Origin: Thermoprotei archaeon
Lineage (GTDB): Archaea; Thermoproteota; Thermoprotei; Thermoproteales; B15-G16
DNA length: 64,000 bases
Assembly (NCBI GenBank): GCA_003649205.1
Contig: QMRC01000003.1
Span: 81,048 to 145,047, forward strand
Direction: 5' to 3'
The notes below the pieces were generated by a model. It was not told the DNA's origin and did not search any database. It saw only the letters and a list, made by a program, of their open reading frames with translations. Below are positions 36,805 through 45,678 of this stretch, piece by piece (the stretch's first letter is position 1; every line of letters begins with the position of its first letter). The position numbers and the translations under genes are program-made.

Positions 36805-38079
36805 ATGAGCTACAGTGTTATTCAGCATGTTAAGGTTTCGTGGAGAGGTAAGGAGTGTAGTAAGTGTAATGTTCCGGATAGGTGGACTGTTGAGGATGGG
36901 AATTACGTACTTGGTAATAAGTTCCATCCCGTTGCTGTAATGGTACCACTGGATGATGAGGTAGGTAATGAATTGGTGAAGACAGCTATTGAGCTTGGTG
37001 TAGCAATAGCTGGTTTCTGTAAGACAGCTAACATAGGGATTGAGAAGGTAGTATGTAATGTGCTAGCTAATCCAAACATTAGGTACCTAGTAGTTGTTGG
37101 TCACGATACAAGCGGTCATCGTAGTGGTGAAGCTATGATTAAGTTGTGGAGGTATGGTGTGGATCCAGAGAGTAGGAGAGTGCTGAATTGCGATGCACCA
37201 ACGGCCTACATACCAAATCTGCCGCTTGAAGCTATTGAGAGATTTCGTGATCAGGTAATTGTCATTGATATGCTAGGTGTGACGGATAGGGAGATGCTGA
37301 GAAAGGTGATTAGAGGCTGTATTCAGGAACCTTGGAATGCTGTTGAGATTGAGGTGAAGGGTATTAAGTATAGGTTATTCGATCCTGGTGCATATGACTT
37401 AGAGCCATATATAGTCAAGGTAACGAGTAAGGTGAGCGGGGGGTATGTGGAGACTCTATCACAGAACCTTACAGTCGTTGTTGCGAGGTCAGTAGCTGAT
37501 GCCTATAGGGAAGTGATTCGACTAATTGAGAGATTTGGTAGATGTGTTGAGTCTAGGTTTGGAATTACGAAGGAGTTAATGAATGTCGTGATACACGTAC
37601 TTGATCCTCTCTGTGATGAAGTACCTAGAGAGTACCCACTTGGTGCTAAGAAGTATCTTGAGGAGTACTGTAGAGCTATTCTCGAGGGTAGGAGTATTGA
37701 GGGTTATGAGTATAGCTATGGTGAGAGGTTGAGGGTTAAGTTCGGTGATCAATTGCGAGCTATCGTCGATAAGTTACGTAGTGAACCGAGTACTAGACAA
37801 GCTGTTGCTGTGTTCTGGAGTCCTTACGAGGACTTGGTCAAGACAGAGAACCCACCTTGTTTCATACTGTGGCAATTCATGATTAGGGATGGTAAGCTAC
37901 ATGCTACGGTGTACATGAGGAGCCACGACTTTAGGAGTGCCTTCGTACACAATGTATTTGCCGTTAGAGAGGTAATGAAGTACATTACGGAAGAACTTAA
38001 GAGAAGTGGTCTTGACGTTGATCTAGGTACGATAACATTCATTGCATGTAGTTGCCATGTCTATGAGAACTACAGGTAG
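36805..38079 (+). CDS. Fusion protein: MtrA-like (corrinoid-binding type) N-terminal domain + thymidylate synthase (ThyA)-like C-terminal domain
   Basis: N-terminus: GNYVLGNKFHPVAVMVPL...GVAIAGFCKTANIGIEKVVCNVLANPNIRYLVVVGHDTSGHRSGEAMIKLWRYGVD parallels MtrA (G-Y-x-V-G-x-SPVAV...AG-x-TEN-GIEK...NPNIRF...G-x-E-x-GH-x-GQ). C-terminus: RQAVAVFWSP...PPCFILWQFMIRDGKLHATVYMRSHDF...HNVF parallels ThyA (R-x-x-x-x-AWNP...PPCH-x-x-QFYV-x-x-GKL-x-x-x-YQRS-D...FN). Confidence 0.7.
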   Translation: MSYSVIQHVKVSWRGKECSKCNVPDRWTVEDGNYVLGNKFHPVAVMVPLDDEVGNELVKTAIELGVAIAGFCKTANIGIEKVVCNVLANPNIRYLVVVGHDTSGHRSGEAMIKLWRYGVDPESRRVLNCDAPTAYIPNLPLEAIERFRDQVIVIDMLGVTDREMLRKVIRGCIQEPWNAVEIEVKGIKYRLFDPGAYDLEPYIVKVTSKVSGGYVETLSQNLTVVVARSVADAYREVIRLIERFGRCVESRFGITKELMNVVIHVLDPLCDEVPREYPLGAKKYLEEYCRAILEGRSIEGYEYSYGERLRVKFGDQLRAIVDKLRSEPSTRQAVAVFWSPYEDLVKTENPPCFILWQFMIRDGKLHATVYMRSHDFRSAFVHNVFAVREVMKYITEELKRSGLDVDLGTITFIACSCHVYENYR

Positions 38080-40207
38080 TATTGCTGATGAGATTAAGCA
38101 ATTCATCGACTATGTTAGGAGCTGTAATGCTAGAGGTCTGATAGTCCTCAGTGGTGATACAGAACAAGTAATACACGTATTAAGCACACTACTTGGGCAC
38201 CTAGCTAGACCTATACTCGCATTTACTGATAGTAGGGACCTACGTAAGGTACTTGCTGTGCATGATATTGAGGTAGCTAGATTTCATGAGCTGACTAGTT
38301 ACCTAGGTAGGGAGTATAGCTCTGTCATTATGGATTTTAGGTACTTCTTCAGACCTAATGCTGTTTCTGCTGCATCAGAGATGATTAGGTGCGGTGGATT
38401 CAGTATCTGGTTAACTAAGTCACTTAGTTTGTGGAGTCCAGGTGTCGAGGGTGGTAGAGGTACCTTCCGTAGGTATTTACTTGAGTCGCTTAAGTTGTGT
38501 AGATCAATCCTTGTAGTTGATGTTGATAGCGGTGAGGTGGTATTGCGTAATCTACCGAGTAAGTTATCTCGAAGACAGTTCACACCCGAGATCACGAATG
38601 TTGATGAGAGGTTGAGAAAGGTACTTTCGCTATGTGCTACTGAGGATCAGTACGAGTTCGTTTTGCATAGCTTAAGACTGCTTAGTGACTTAACACTTAA
38701 GGTTTTAGTTGGTAAAGGTGATCGTGGTAGAGGGAAGAGCGCTGCTCTCGGTCTAGCAACTGCGCTGGCTATAGCACATAACTACACTGATGAGATTTTG
38801 GTAACAGCACCTTCACCACGCAGTATCACGACATTCATGAAGTTCCTCTGTCTAGGGCTAGAGAAGCTAGGTATTGATTATAAGACAATTACTGAGAAGG
38901 GAAGTGTAGTGGGTATTAGGGGTAGGGGTTTTGAAGTTAGGTATGTTGTCCCTTGGTTAGCTACTGGTGCTAGATTAACGGTGATTGATGAGGCTGCTGC
39001 TGTTGGTGCTGCTCGTGTTAGGAGGTTGTGTGCTAAGAGTAGGAAGGTCATGATGGTGACTACAGTCCACGGTTACGAAGGTTCTGGAAGGGTAGCTTCT
39101 GAACTGCTAATTAAGCAGCTACCTAGTCCACTAGTCTACGAGTTCAAGGTACCTATTAGGTACCTATCAAATGATCCACTTGAAGAGTGGCTTTACCAAG
39201 TATTCTTTCTCCGAGTAGACCCAATAGAGATACCGAAACCAGAGAATGTGGAGTACTCTTCTGTAGATCAAGAACAGCTAGTTAAGGATAGGGATTTACT
39301 ACGGAAAGTCTATGGCTTACTCGCTCTAGCGCACTACAGGAATGAACCTGATGACTTAATGACCATGCTTGACGCCCCTCATCACCACATTCGTATACTC
39401 AACTCCGATAGAGGAGTTGTAGCTGTTGCGCAGATAGCTGAGGAAGGACCTATTCGTGATGTTGAGAGAGCTATTACACGTGGTCTAAGAGGAGTACTGG
39501 TCTTAGATAAGTTACTGAGGTACGGTCCTAAGGAAGCTGCTAAGACAAGAGGCTGGAGAATTGTTAGGATTGCTGTAGTACCTAATCTACAGAGAAGAGG
39601 CTACGGTTCAAAACTACTAAACTTCCTCGAGGAGGAAGCACGTAGTATAAACCTTGACTGGATCGGTGCTATATTCTCTAGAAATGACATCATTGACTTT
39701 TGGTTAAAGAACGGGTACTTACCAATCTATGTATCTCCACGATTCAATAAGGTGACAGGTGAGAAGAACATAGCTGTGATAAAGCCACTGAGTACTAGGA
39801 TGCGACATTACGTTGAAGAAGCATTGAGGGAATTTAAGGTTAGATTACTTACCTGCTTAATGAGTGTCTACAGGGATTTAAGTGCTGAGGTTGTTGCTAG
39901 TGTATTGAAGAGTATTAGGGTACCTGTGTCAGTGAGAATTGAGTTAACGAGAAATCAAGAGAAGAGACTCGAGATGTACTTAAGTAGGAGGATTCTACTT
40001 GAATCAGCTATGGATGCTATTTACTTAGCAACATTGAGGAAGTTATGTGAATCCCCTTCAGTAGATCTAAGCTTCAGCGAATTAGTTGCGTTGATTGCTT
40101 ATGTACTGCAGGGTAAACCTTTGGACGATGTGGCTGCTGCTCTCAGAACCGATATAGAGACCGCTAAAGCTACTGTAGATAAAGCTGTTAGGAAGCTACT
40201 TAGCTAG
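38042..40207 (+). CDS. tmcA: tRNA/rRNA cytidine N4-acetyltransferase TmcA (NAT10/Kre33 homologue)
   Basis: GDRGRGKSAALG (Walker A), LTVIDEAAAV, TVHGYEGSGR, and a C-terminal GNAT segment RIVRIAVVPNLQRRGYGSKLL. 721 aa. Confidence 0.85.
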   Translation: MHVVAMSMRTTGSIADEIKQFIDYVRSCNARGLIVLSGDTEQVIHVLSTLLGHLARPILAFTDSRDLRKVLAVHDIEVARFHELTSYLGREYSSVIMDFRYFFRPNAVSAASEMIRCGGFSIWLTKSLSLWSPGVEGGRGTFRRYLLESLKLCRSILVVDVDSGEVVLRNLPSKLSRRQFTPEITNVDERLRKVLSLCATEDQYEFVLHSLRLLSDLTLKVLVGKGDRGRGKSAALGLATALAIAHNYTDEILVTAPSPRSITTFMKFLCLGLEKLGIDYKTITEKGSVVGIRGRGFEVRYVVPWLATGARLTVIDEAAAVGAARVRRLCAKSRKVMMVTTVHGYEGSGRVASELLIKQLPSPLVYEFKVPIRYLSNDPLEEWLYQVFFLRVDPIEIPKPENVEYSSVDQEQLVKDRDLLRKVYGLLALAHYRNEPDDLMTMLDAPHHHIRILNSDRGVVAVAQIAEEGPIRDVERAITRGLRGVLVLDKLLRYGPKEAAKTRGWRIVRIAVVPNLQRRGYGSKLLNFLEEEARSINLDWIGAIFSRNDIIDFWLKNGYLPIYVSPRFNKVTGEKNIAVIKPLSTRMRHYVEEALREFKVRLLTCLMSVYRDLSAEVVASVLKSIRVPVSVRIELTRNQEKRLEMYLSRRILLESAMDAIYLATLRKLCESPSVDLSFSELVALIAYVLQGKPLDDVAAALRTDIETAKATVDKAVRKLLS

Positions 40208-40214
40208 GAAGAAC

Positions 40215-40682
40215 ATGGCGATTTGGGTAATTGCAGTAAGGAGGAAGTATGCTGATGCAATTCTCGATGGTAGGAAGATAGCTGAAGTTAGGTGGGAAGG
40301 TACTGTAAACATAGATCTCGTCAGATCTGGTGATAAACTACTTCTAGCTACTGGATCCGGCATTGTTGGCATTGTTGAGGTCACTAAAGTCATCATCAAA
40401 GAGCTTAGGAGTATAAGTGATGATGAGGCTAAAGCAGCTGGCTTCAGAAGCAGAGTAGAGCTAGTTAAAGAGCTTAAGAAGATATACCCAATAACAAGCT
40501 ACAGTGAGAAGTACTACATACTATACCTCAGACCTATCGCAGACTTGAGACATAGACCAGTACCACTGAGCAATATCTACTGTTACAGCGGTAGTGGTAT
40601 TAGAGAGTGTAGATTAGAGGATTTGAAGTCAAGGATAGTGCCCGTATGCAGAGTGAAGAGTAGCGACCTACCAATAACGTAG
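40215..40682 (+). CDS. ASCH (PUA-like) domain protein
   Basis: AIWVIAVRRKYADAILDGRKIAEVRW...GDKLLLATGSGIVGIVEV resembles the ASCH N-terminal beta-barrel signature. It starts 7 nt after tmcA. Confidence 0.6.
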   Translation: MAIWVIAVRRKYADAILDGRKIAEVRWEGTVNIDLVRSGDKLLLATGSGIVGIVEVTKVIIKELRSISDDEAKAAGFRSRVELVKELKKIYPITSYSEKYYILYLRPIADLRHRPVPLSNIYCYSGSGIRECRLEDLKSRIVPVCRVKSSDLPIT

Positions 40683-41955
40683 CTCTATAATACAGGTCAA
40701 CGTACCGCTCTGCTCTCTTAGTAGCTACATATCTAAGCACTATAGCGAGCACTGACACCACAGTTATCGCAACAATTAGGATACTAACCACCGTAAGTAA
40801 CTTCTCATGAGGAAACTCAACATACACATGCGTTACAGCCGCTGTACTGTTATTACCAACAGCATCCATAGCCCATACACGAACCACATATTTACCTGGT
40901 ATCAACTTACCGCACTTAATCACTACAGACGTAGCATTGGTAAATACTAACTTAGATCGAAACTCAACATAGTAACCACCCAATGCCACGTCATCTACTG
41001 ATGGAGACCACTTAACGATAACTGCGTCACCGATATACGTTGCTATTAAGTTTGCAGGGGGGGTAGGTGCTGTGTAGTCTCTAGCTACTAGGTCTACCTT
41101 CACCTTAGTCCTATTGATCGTGATTACGGTTTCAGAATCTCTACACACAAGCTTTATCACCTTACCAAATACCTTCTCACCAGGTAAAGTTAGTGAGTAC
41201 CAACCACCCTGCATCGTCACAGTACTATTGACTAGTTCATTACCAACGTAAGCCCTAACCGAAAGACCAGGTAACATAGCTTGCCCCCTAGGACCCCTAA
41301 CAACTACCTTACCCCACACTACAACCTTCTCCGGATACACAACTACTCTAGCACTAGCTACGTCACTAGCTCTATTAGCAACATCAATAGCCTGCACCTC
41401 AACGAGGTAAATACCTGGAGGTACTTCACTTAAGTTAACGGAGGTCTTCTTACTAGAGACCTCGATGGAGGATACGTACTTCTCCACATTAACTAACCTA
41501 ATCGAGACAACGTACTTGGAAACAGCTACATCATCACTAGAGTGACTCCACCTAACAAACACCCACCTAATACCACTACGAACTTCAACTATTTTAGGTC
41601 TACTAGGTCTCAAAGCATCCTTAACTTTAAGAGTGCCTACACTAATCACAGCACCAGGAGAGAACACTAACTTACGCACCTCATACTCACCAACACGTAT
41701 AGAGAACTCAGTACCATTACTCAAACCCCTTACAATTAAGACGAAGGAACCATCCATTGAGGTTAAGTTCTCAGCAATAACCTTACCACCATAAACCGCA
41801 TACACCGGGATATCAGCTCTGACCGGAGGCTTACCACCTTCAACATATACAAAACCTCTAACTACCATGACCTCAGCAGAAGCACATAAACAGTGATGAC
41901 TTGGAATAAGGAAGAGAAACAGAATCAAGACAATAGGGAGAACATACCTCACCAT
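40600..41955 (-). CDS. Secreted, C-terminally membrane-anchored protein with Ig/FN3-like and carboxypeptidase-regulatory-like repeats
   Basis: Signal-peptide-like MVRYVLPIVLILFLFLIPS from ATG 41955 (the track start at 42009 is GTG). Repeated W-x-x-S-x-DDVA-x-x-x-Y segments are FN3-like. TM helix near the C-terminus. Confidence 0.6.
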   Translation of the reverse strand: MVRYVLPIVLILFLFLIPSHHCLCASAEVMVVRGFVYVEGGKPPVRADIPVYAVYGGKVIAENLTSMDGSFVLIVRGLSNGTEFSIRVGEYEVRKLVFSPGAVISVGTLKVKDALRPSRPKIVEVRSGIRWVFVRWSHSSDDVAVSKYVVSIRLVNVEKYVSSIEVSSKKTSVNLSEVPPGIYLVEVQAIDVANRASDVASARVVVYPEKVVVWGKVVVRGPRGQAMLPGLSVRAYVGNELVNSTVTMQGGWYSLTLPGEKVFGKVIKLVCRDSETVITINRTKVKVDLVARDYTAPTPPANLIATYIGDAVIVKWSPSVDDVALGGYYVEFRSKLVFTNATSVVIKCGKLIPGKYVVRVWAMDAVGNNSTAAVTHVYVEFPHEKLLTVVSILIVAITVVSVLAIVLRYVATKRAERYVDLYYRATLLVGRYSSLCIRALSLTSNPLIYTL

Positions 41956-42063
41956 ACTCAACCACAGTACATATCCATTGCGTAACCTAGGTGTTTTACT
42001 GAGATGCACTAGGTTATAACATCAAAGGAAACTATAAAAATTAATCACGTAAAATACGCAGTA

Positions 42064-42113
42064 CAGCCGACCTACCAGAGACCCCACATTGGGGTCTATG
42101 AAGGTAGGGCTGG
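42064..42113 (+). ncRNA. GC-rich hairpin with a consensus K-turn internal loop (candidate L7Ae-binding element or small RNA; may instead be a 3'-end structure of the minus-strand gene)
   Basis: CAGC[CGA]CCUACC-AGA-GACCCCA-CAU-UGGGGUC-UAU-GAA-GGUAGG-GCUG. This gives 17 bp in total. On the + strand the 3-nt bulge UAU is followed by G.A/A.G pairs (G42100.A42079, A42101.G42078). Confidence 0.3.
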
Positions 42114-42130
42114 CACCTCACGGACATCCC

Positions 42131-43258
42131 CTACGAAACCGGTTCATACACTATACCTAGCTCTCTAGCAATAGCGTACGCCTCCTCAATTTCACTACTC
42201 CTAAGTCTCCTACTGATATCAGGCCACTTCTCTGGGTACTTACTCACCAACCATTCAGGTCTGTACTGCTCCATGACGTTAACAAGTACCTTATCCTTTA
42301 TATTATCAGCAATCCACTTGAGTACAGGTCTTGTACAGCACTCAATGTGATTTGGTAGTACTAAGTGCCTTATTATCATGGGCGCTGACTCAGCAGCTAT
42401 CTTGAGATTTCTCGTTACCACCTCCCAGTAGTTCTTAATACCTGATAATCTCTCTGCACACTTGTTGTTACCGTACTTGAAGTCAGGTAACCAAATGTCA
42501 ATGACGTCCTTCAGCAACTTCATTGTCTCCACACTACAGTACATATTGCTATTCCAGAGCTGTGGGACATTCACATCGAGGTACTTCAGTGACTCAAGTA
42601 TGGTGTGTAGATTTGGTGTTGGTTCACCACCTACGTGATTGATATTTCTAGCACCTGTCTTCCTCAATTCCTTCTGCATGAGAGCCAATCTCCAAGCATC
42701 AACCTCTACACCATCTAGTGGGTGCTCCTGACTGATATCCCAGTTCTGACAGAATACACATCTGAAGTTACAGCTACCGTAGAAAATCGTTCCACTAGGT
42801 ACTAATGGCGCTTCCTCACCATAGTGGTGAAACCACGAATGTACGTATGTTCTGTAATCTAGACGACAGAAACCTCTCTCACCACTTAACCTATTGACAC
42901 CACACCTATGTTCACAGAAGTGACAACTCAGTAGAATTCTCTTAGCGATTTCAATCTTGACATCTAGGTAACTGAACTTAGGTCTAGGTAACTCATCAAG
43001 ACTTAGCTCATCACTACAAATCATGGACCACACACGACCAAACTCCTTACTGAGATCATCATGGAGCTTCCAAAGCTCCTCGAGAGATAGCTTCGATGGA
43101 TCACAACCAGCATCCAACCTCTTACATATCATGAACTTAGCAGGCTTTCTATCTCTCATAACATCGTAGTACCACCTCAACCTCTCAACAACAACAGGAT
43201 TCTCCCAAACCTTAATAGCATCCGGCCTCAGTACATACCACAGACTCACAGTAGACAC
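42131..43258 (-). CDS. Radical SAM protein, PflX-like (pyruvate formate-lyase activase homologue, COG1313)
   Basis: GSCNFRCVFCQNWDISQ (CxxxCxxC), a preceding Cys-rich CHFCEHRCGVNR segment and HVGGEPTP. Confidence 0.75.
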   Translation of the reverse strand: MSTVSLWYVLRPDAIKVWENPVVVERLRWYYDVMRDRKPAKFMICKRLDAGCDPSKLSLEELWKLHDDLSKEFGRVWSMICSDELSLDELPRPKFSYLDVKIEIAKRILLSCHFCEHRCGVNRLSGERGFCRLDYRTYVHSWFHHYGEEAPLVPSGTIFYGSCNFRCVFCQNWDISQEHPLDGVEVDAWRLALMQKELRKTGARNINHVGGEPTPNLHTILESLKYLDVNVPQLWNSNMYCSVETMKLLKDVIDIWLPDFKYGNNKCAERLSGIKNYWEVVTRNLKIAAESAPMIIRHLVLPNHIECCTRPVLKWIADNIKDKVLVNVMEQYRPEWLVSKYPEKWPDISRRLRSSEIEEAYAIARELGIVYEPVS

Positions 43259-43311
43259 CTAGTAGGGGCTACACAGATCAACACATAAAAACTCTCTTCA
43301 AATCCAAGGTA

Positions 43312-43370
43312 ATAGATGATGAACAGGCTAAGTGGGGATATTCGTGACCGAATAGCAGTCCGCTGATGTA
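43312..43370 (+). ncRNA. Candidate C/D box sRNA
   Basis: C AUGAUGA (43316-43322), 12-nt spacer ACAGGCUAAGUG, degenerate D' GGGA, linker UAUUC, degenerate C' GUGACCG (43344-43350), 12-nt spacer AAUAGCAGUCCG, D CUGA (43363-43366). CATAAAAAC about 25 nt upstream. Confidence 0.5.
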
Positions 43371-43532
43371 GTTAAAGCCGAGAGTAATGAGTATAAATAG
43401 GGAGCTTAATTATCTATATTCGATATCTAGTGCATTGACTAGACCACCCAAGTCTAACTACTACAATAAATACTTAAATACCTCGTTAGATACTTAATTA
43501 CGTTGAGTAACATTGAGTAGGAGGTGTAGAGG

Positions 43533-44801
43533 TTGAGAGGTATCTCACGTACGGTACTCATAGCAATTGTAGTCATAGTAGTAATTGTAGCGGCCATAGT
43601 GGGGTACCTAGCTTTAACCTACTATGTAGCACCACCTAAAGCACCGAAGAAGTTAGTTATTGCAGCTAGATCAGGTACGTACGCTGAGGGTTTGAAGATA
43701 GCTGCGAGAGAGTTCTCTAAGAAGTATGGTATTGAGGTTGTTGTACAGGACTTCGGCTATGCAGCATTACACGATAAGTTAGTGACGGAGATGATGGAGA
43801 AGACAGGTGCTTTTGATGTAGTGATGCTAGATGATCCATGGTTAGCAGAGTTTGCTGACAAGGGCTTCTTAGTTGATATTGGTGAGATGCTGAAGAAGAA
43901 GGGTATTAAGGTTGAGGAGCTAGGCTTCATACCGACCTGCCTAGAGGTATGTAAGTACAAGGGAAGACTCTACGCACTACCGTACGTAGGTAATGTACAG
44001 TTATTTGCGTACAGGAAGGATCTATTTGAGAAGTATGGTCTACCAGAACCTAAGACATGGGAAGATGTGTTAAGAGCAGCTAAGATAATAATGGAGAAGG
44101 AAGGAATCTATGGTTATGTGATTAGAGGTAAGAAGGGTAATCCTGTTGTCACTAACTTCCTACCAATATTCTGGGCTTATGGTGCTAAGATACTAGATGA
44201 GAGAGGTAAGCCAGCAGTGTACTCACCTGAGGCAGTGAAAGCACTGAAGGTATTCATTGAGTTGAAGAAGTATTGTCCACCAGGTACGGAGAACTTCGGC
44301 TCTGCAGAGGTTAGAGCATACTTGCTGGGTGGTAAGGTTGCCATAGTAGGTGAAGTGTGGCCAGCATGGGTACCTGACCTAGAGAATCCAGAGAAGTCTA
44401 AGGTAGTTGGTAAGGTCAAGATAATACCACCACCAGGAGCAAGACCTATGATAGGTGCTTGGCTACTAGGTATCCCAGTAACGTCGAAGAACAAGGACCT
44501 CGCACTCGAGTTCATACTCTTCACACTGAGTAAGGAAATGCAGAAGAAGATAGCACTAGAAGCAGGTGTACCACCAACCATAGCTGATCTCTACAAAGAT
44601 CCTGACCTAGTCAAGAAGTACCCATGGTACCCAGTACAGCTCGAAGCACTGATGACAGCAAAGATGAGACCTAGAGTACCTGTCTGGAAGAAGATAGAGG
44701 ACATACTCGCAACCTACATACATGCCGCATTAATAGGTGAGTTATCACCAGAAGAGGCATTAAAGAAAGCTCAGGAAGAACTCACAAAGTTACTTGGATA
44801 G
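43533..44801 (+). CDS. ABC transporter extracellular solute-binding protein, family 1 (CUT1 sugar type)
   Basis: N-terminal TM anchor. 422 aa with the typical SBP_bac_1 layout (DVVMLDDPW, GNVQLFAYRKDLFEKYGL). Followed by two MalFG-type permeases. Confidence 0.85.
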   Translation: MRGISRTVLIAIVVIVVIVAAIVGYLALTYYVAPPKAPKKLVIAARSGTYAEGLKIAAREFSKKYGIEVVVQDFGYAALHDKLVTEMMEKTGAFDVVMLDDPWLAEFADKGFLVDIGEMLKKKGIKVEELGFIPTCLEVCKYKGRLYALPYVGNVQLFAYRKDLFEKYGLPEPKTWEDVLRAAKIIMEKEGIYGYVIRGKKGNPVVTNFLPIFWAYGAKILDERGKPAVYSPEAVKALKVFIELKKYCPPGTENFGSAEVRAYLLGGKVAIVGEVWPAWVPDLENPEKSKVVGKVKIIPPPGARPMIGAWLLGIPVTSKNKDLALEFILFTLSKEMQKKIALEAGVPPTIADLYKDPDLVKKYPWYPVQLEALMTAKMRPRVPVWKKIEDILATYIHAALIGELSPEEALKKAQEELTKLLG

Positions 44802-44814
44802 GTGACTCAATACC

Positions 44815-45678
44815 ATGAAGTTAAAACAGCATCACATTGGACTTCTGCTAGCACTACCAGCGATAATAGTAATGGCACTTCTAACCCTCTACCCAATAAT
44901 CTATGTTTTTTACCTATCTCTACACAAGGTATCATTCTACCCCAAGCTCACCTTTGAGTTCGTTAATATAGCTAATTACCTATCAGCTCTCAGCAATAGG
45001 CTCTTCAGGATATCCTTCCTAAACACCTTACTCTTCGTTTTTGGAGCAACAGTAAGTGAAGTAGCTCTAGGTCTTGTGTTTGCACTTATATTTGCTTGGG
45101 AGTTCTACGGTAGGAAGTACATAGCTCCACTCGTTATACTACCGATGATGTTACCTACGATAGTTGTGTGTAGCTTCTGGAGGATAATGCTGCATACAGA
45201 ATTCGGTGTATTGAATGCAATCTTAACAGCATGTAATCTACCTAAGATCAACTGGTTAGGTGATCCAAGAGTAGCTATGTGGTCTATAGTGCTGGTGGAT
45301 GTATGGCAGTACACACCATTTGTCTTTCTTATCCTCTACACAAGTATCCTCTCAATACCACGTGAAATATATGAGGCAGCTATGATAGATGGGGCAAATA
45401 GACTTCAGTTAACTAGATACCACATACTACCACTACTCAAGCCCCAGATAGTTGTTGTTGCGCTTTTGAGGATAATCGACACCTTTAGAGTCTTCGATAA
45501 GGTCTACGCACTTACAGCTGGTGGACCAGGTAATGCTACCGAGGTACTGACCTTCGTCATCTACAAGACTGCATTTAGGTACTACGACTTTGGTCTTGGT
45601 AGTGCTGAAGCTGTTATAATGCTAGCTACTGTCTTGACTATAGTCATGCTCTACCTATACATAACGAGGAGGAGGTGA
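44815..45678 (+). CDS. ABC sugar permease (MalF/UgpA-like)
   Basis: EAA loop YEAAMIDGANRLQLTRYHILPLLKP. 6 TM. Confidence 0.85.
   Translation: MKLKQHHIGLLLALPAIIVMALLTLYPIIYVFYLSLHKVSFYPKLTFEFVNIANYLSALSNRLFRISFLNTLLFVFGATVSEVALGLVFALIFAWEFYGRKYIAPLVILPMMLPTIVVCSFWRIMLHTEFGVLNAILTACNLPKINWLGDPRVAMWSIVLVDVWQYTPFVFLILYTSILSIPREIYEAAMIDGANRLQLTRYHILPLLKPQIVVVALLRIIDTFRVFDKVYALTAGGPGNATEVLTFVIYKTAFRYYDFGLGSAEAVIMLATVLTIVMLYLYITRRR

Noticed and set aside
40600-40682. 83-nt overlap between the convergent ASCH and surface-protein genes
   Set aside because: The likely cause is chance extension of one or both C-terminal tails. There is no independent signal such as a repeat or structure in the overlap.
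42064-42130. H/ACA sRNA interpretation of the K-turn hairpin (ACA at 42124-42126)
   Set aside because: There is no pseudouridylation pocket; the internal loops are only 3 and 6 nt. The ACA is about 11 nt from the basal stem instead of directly adjacent.
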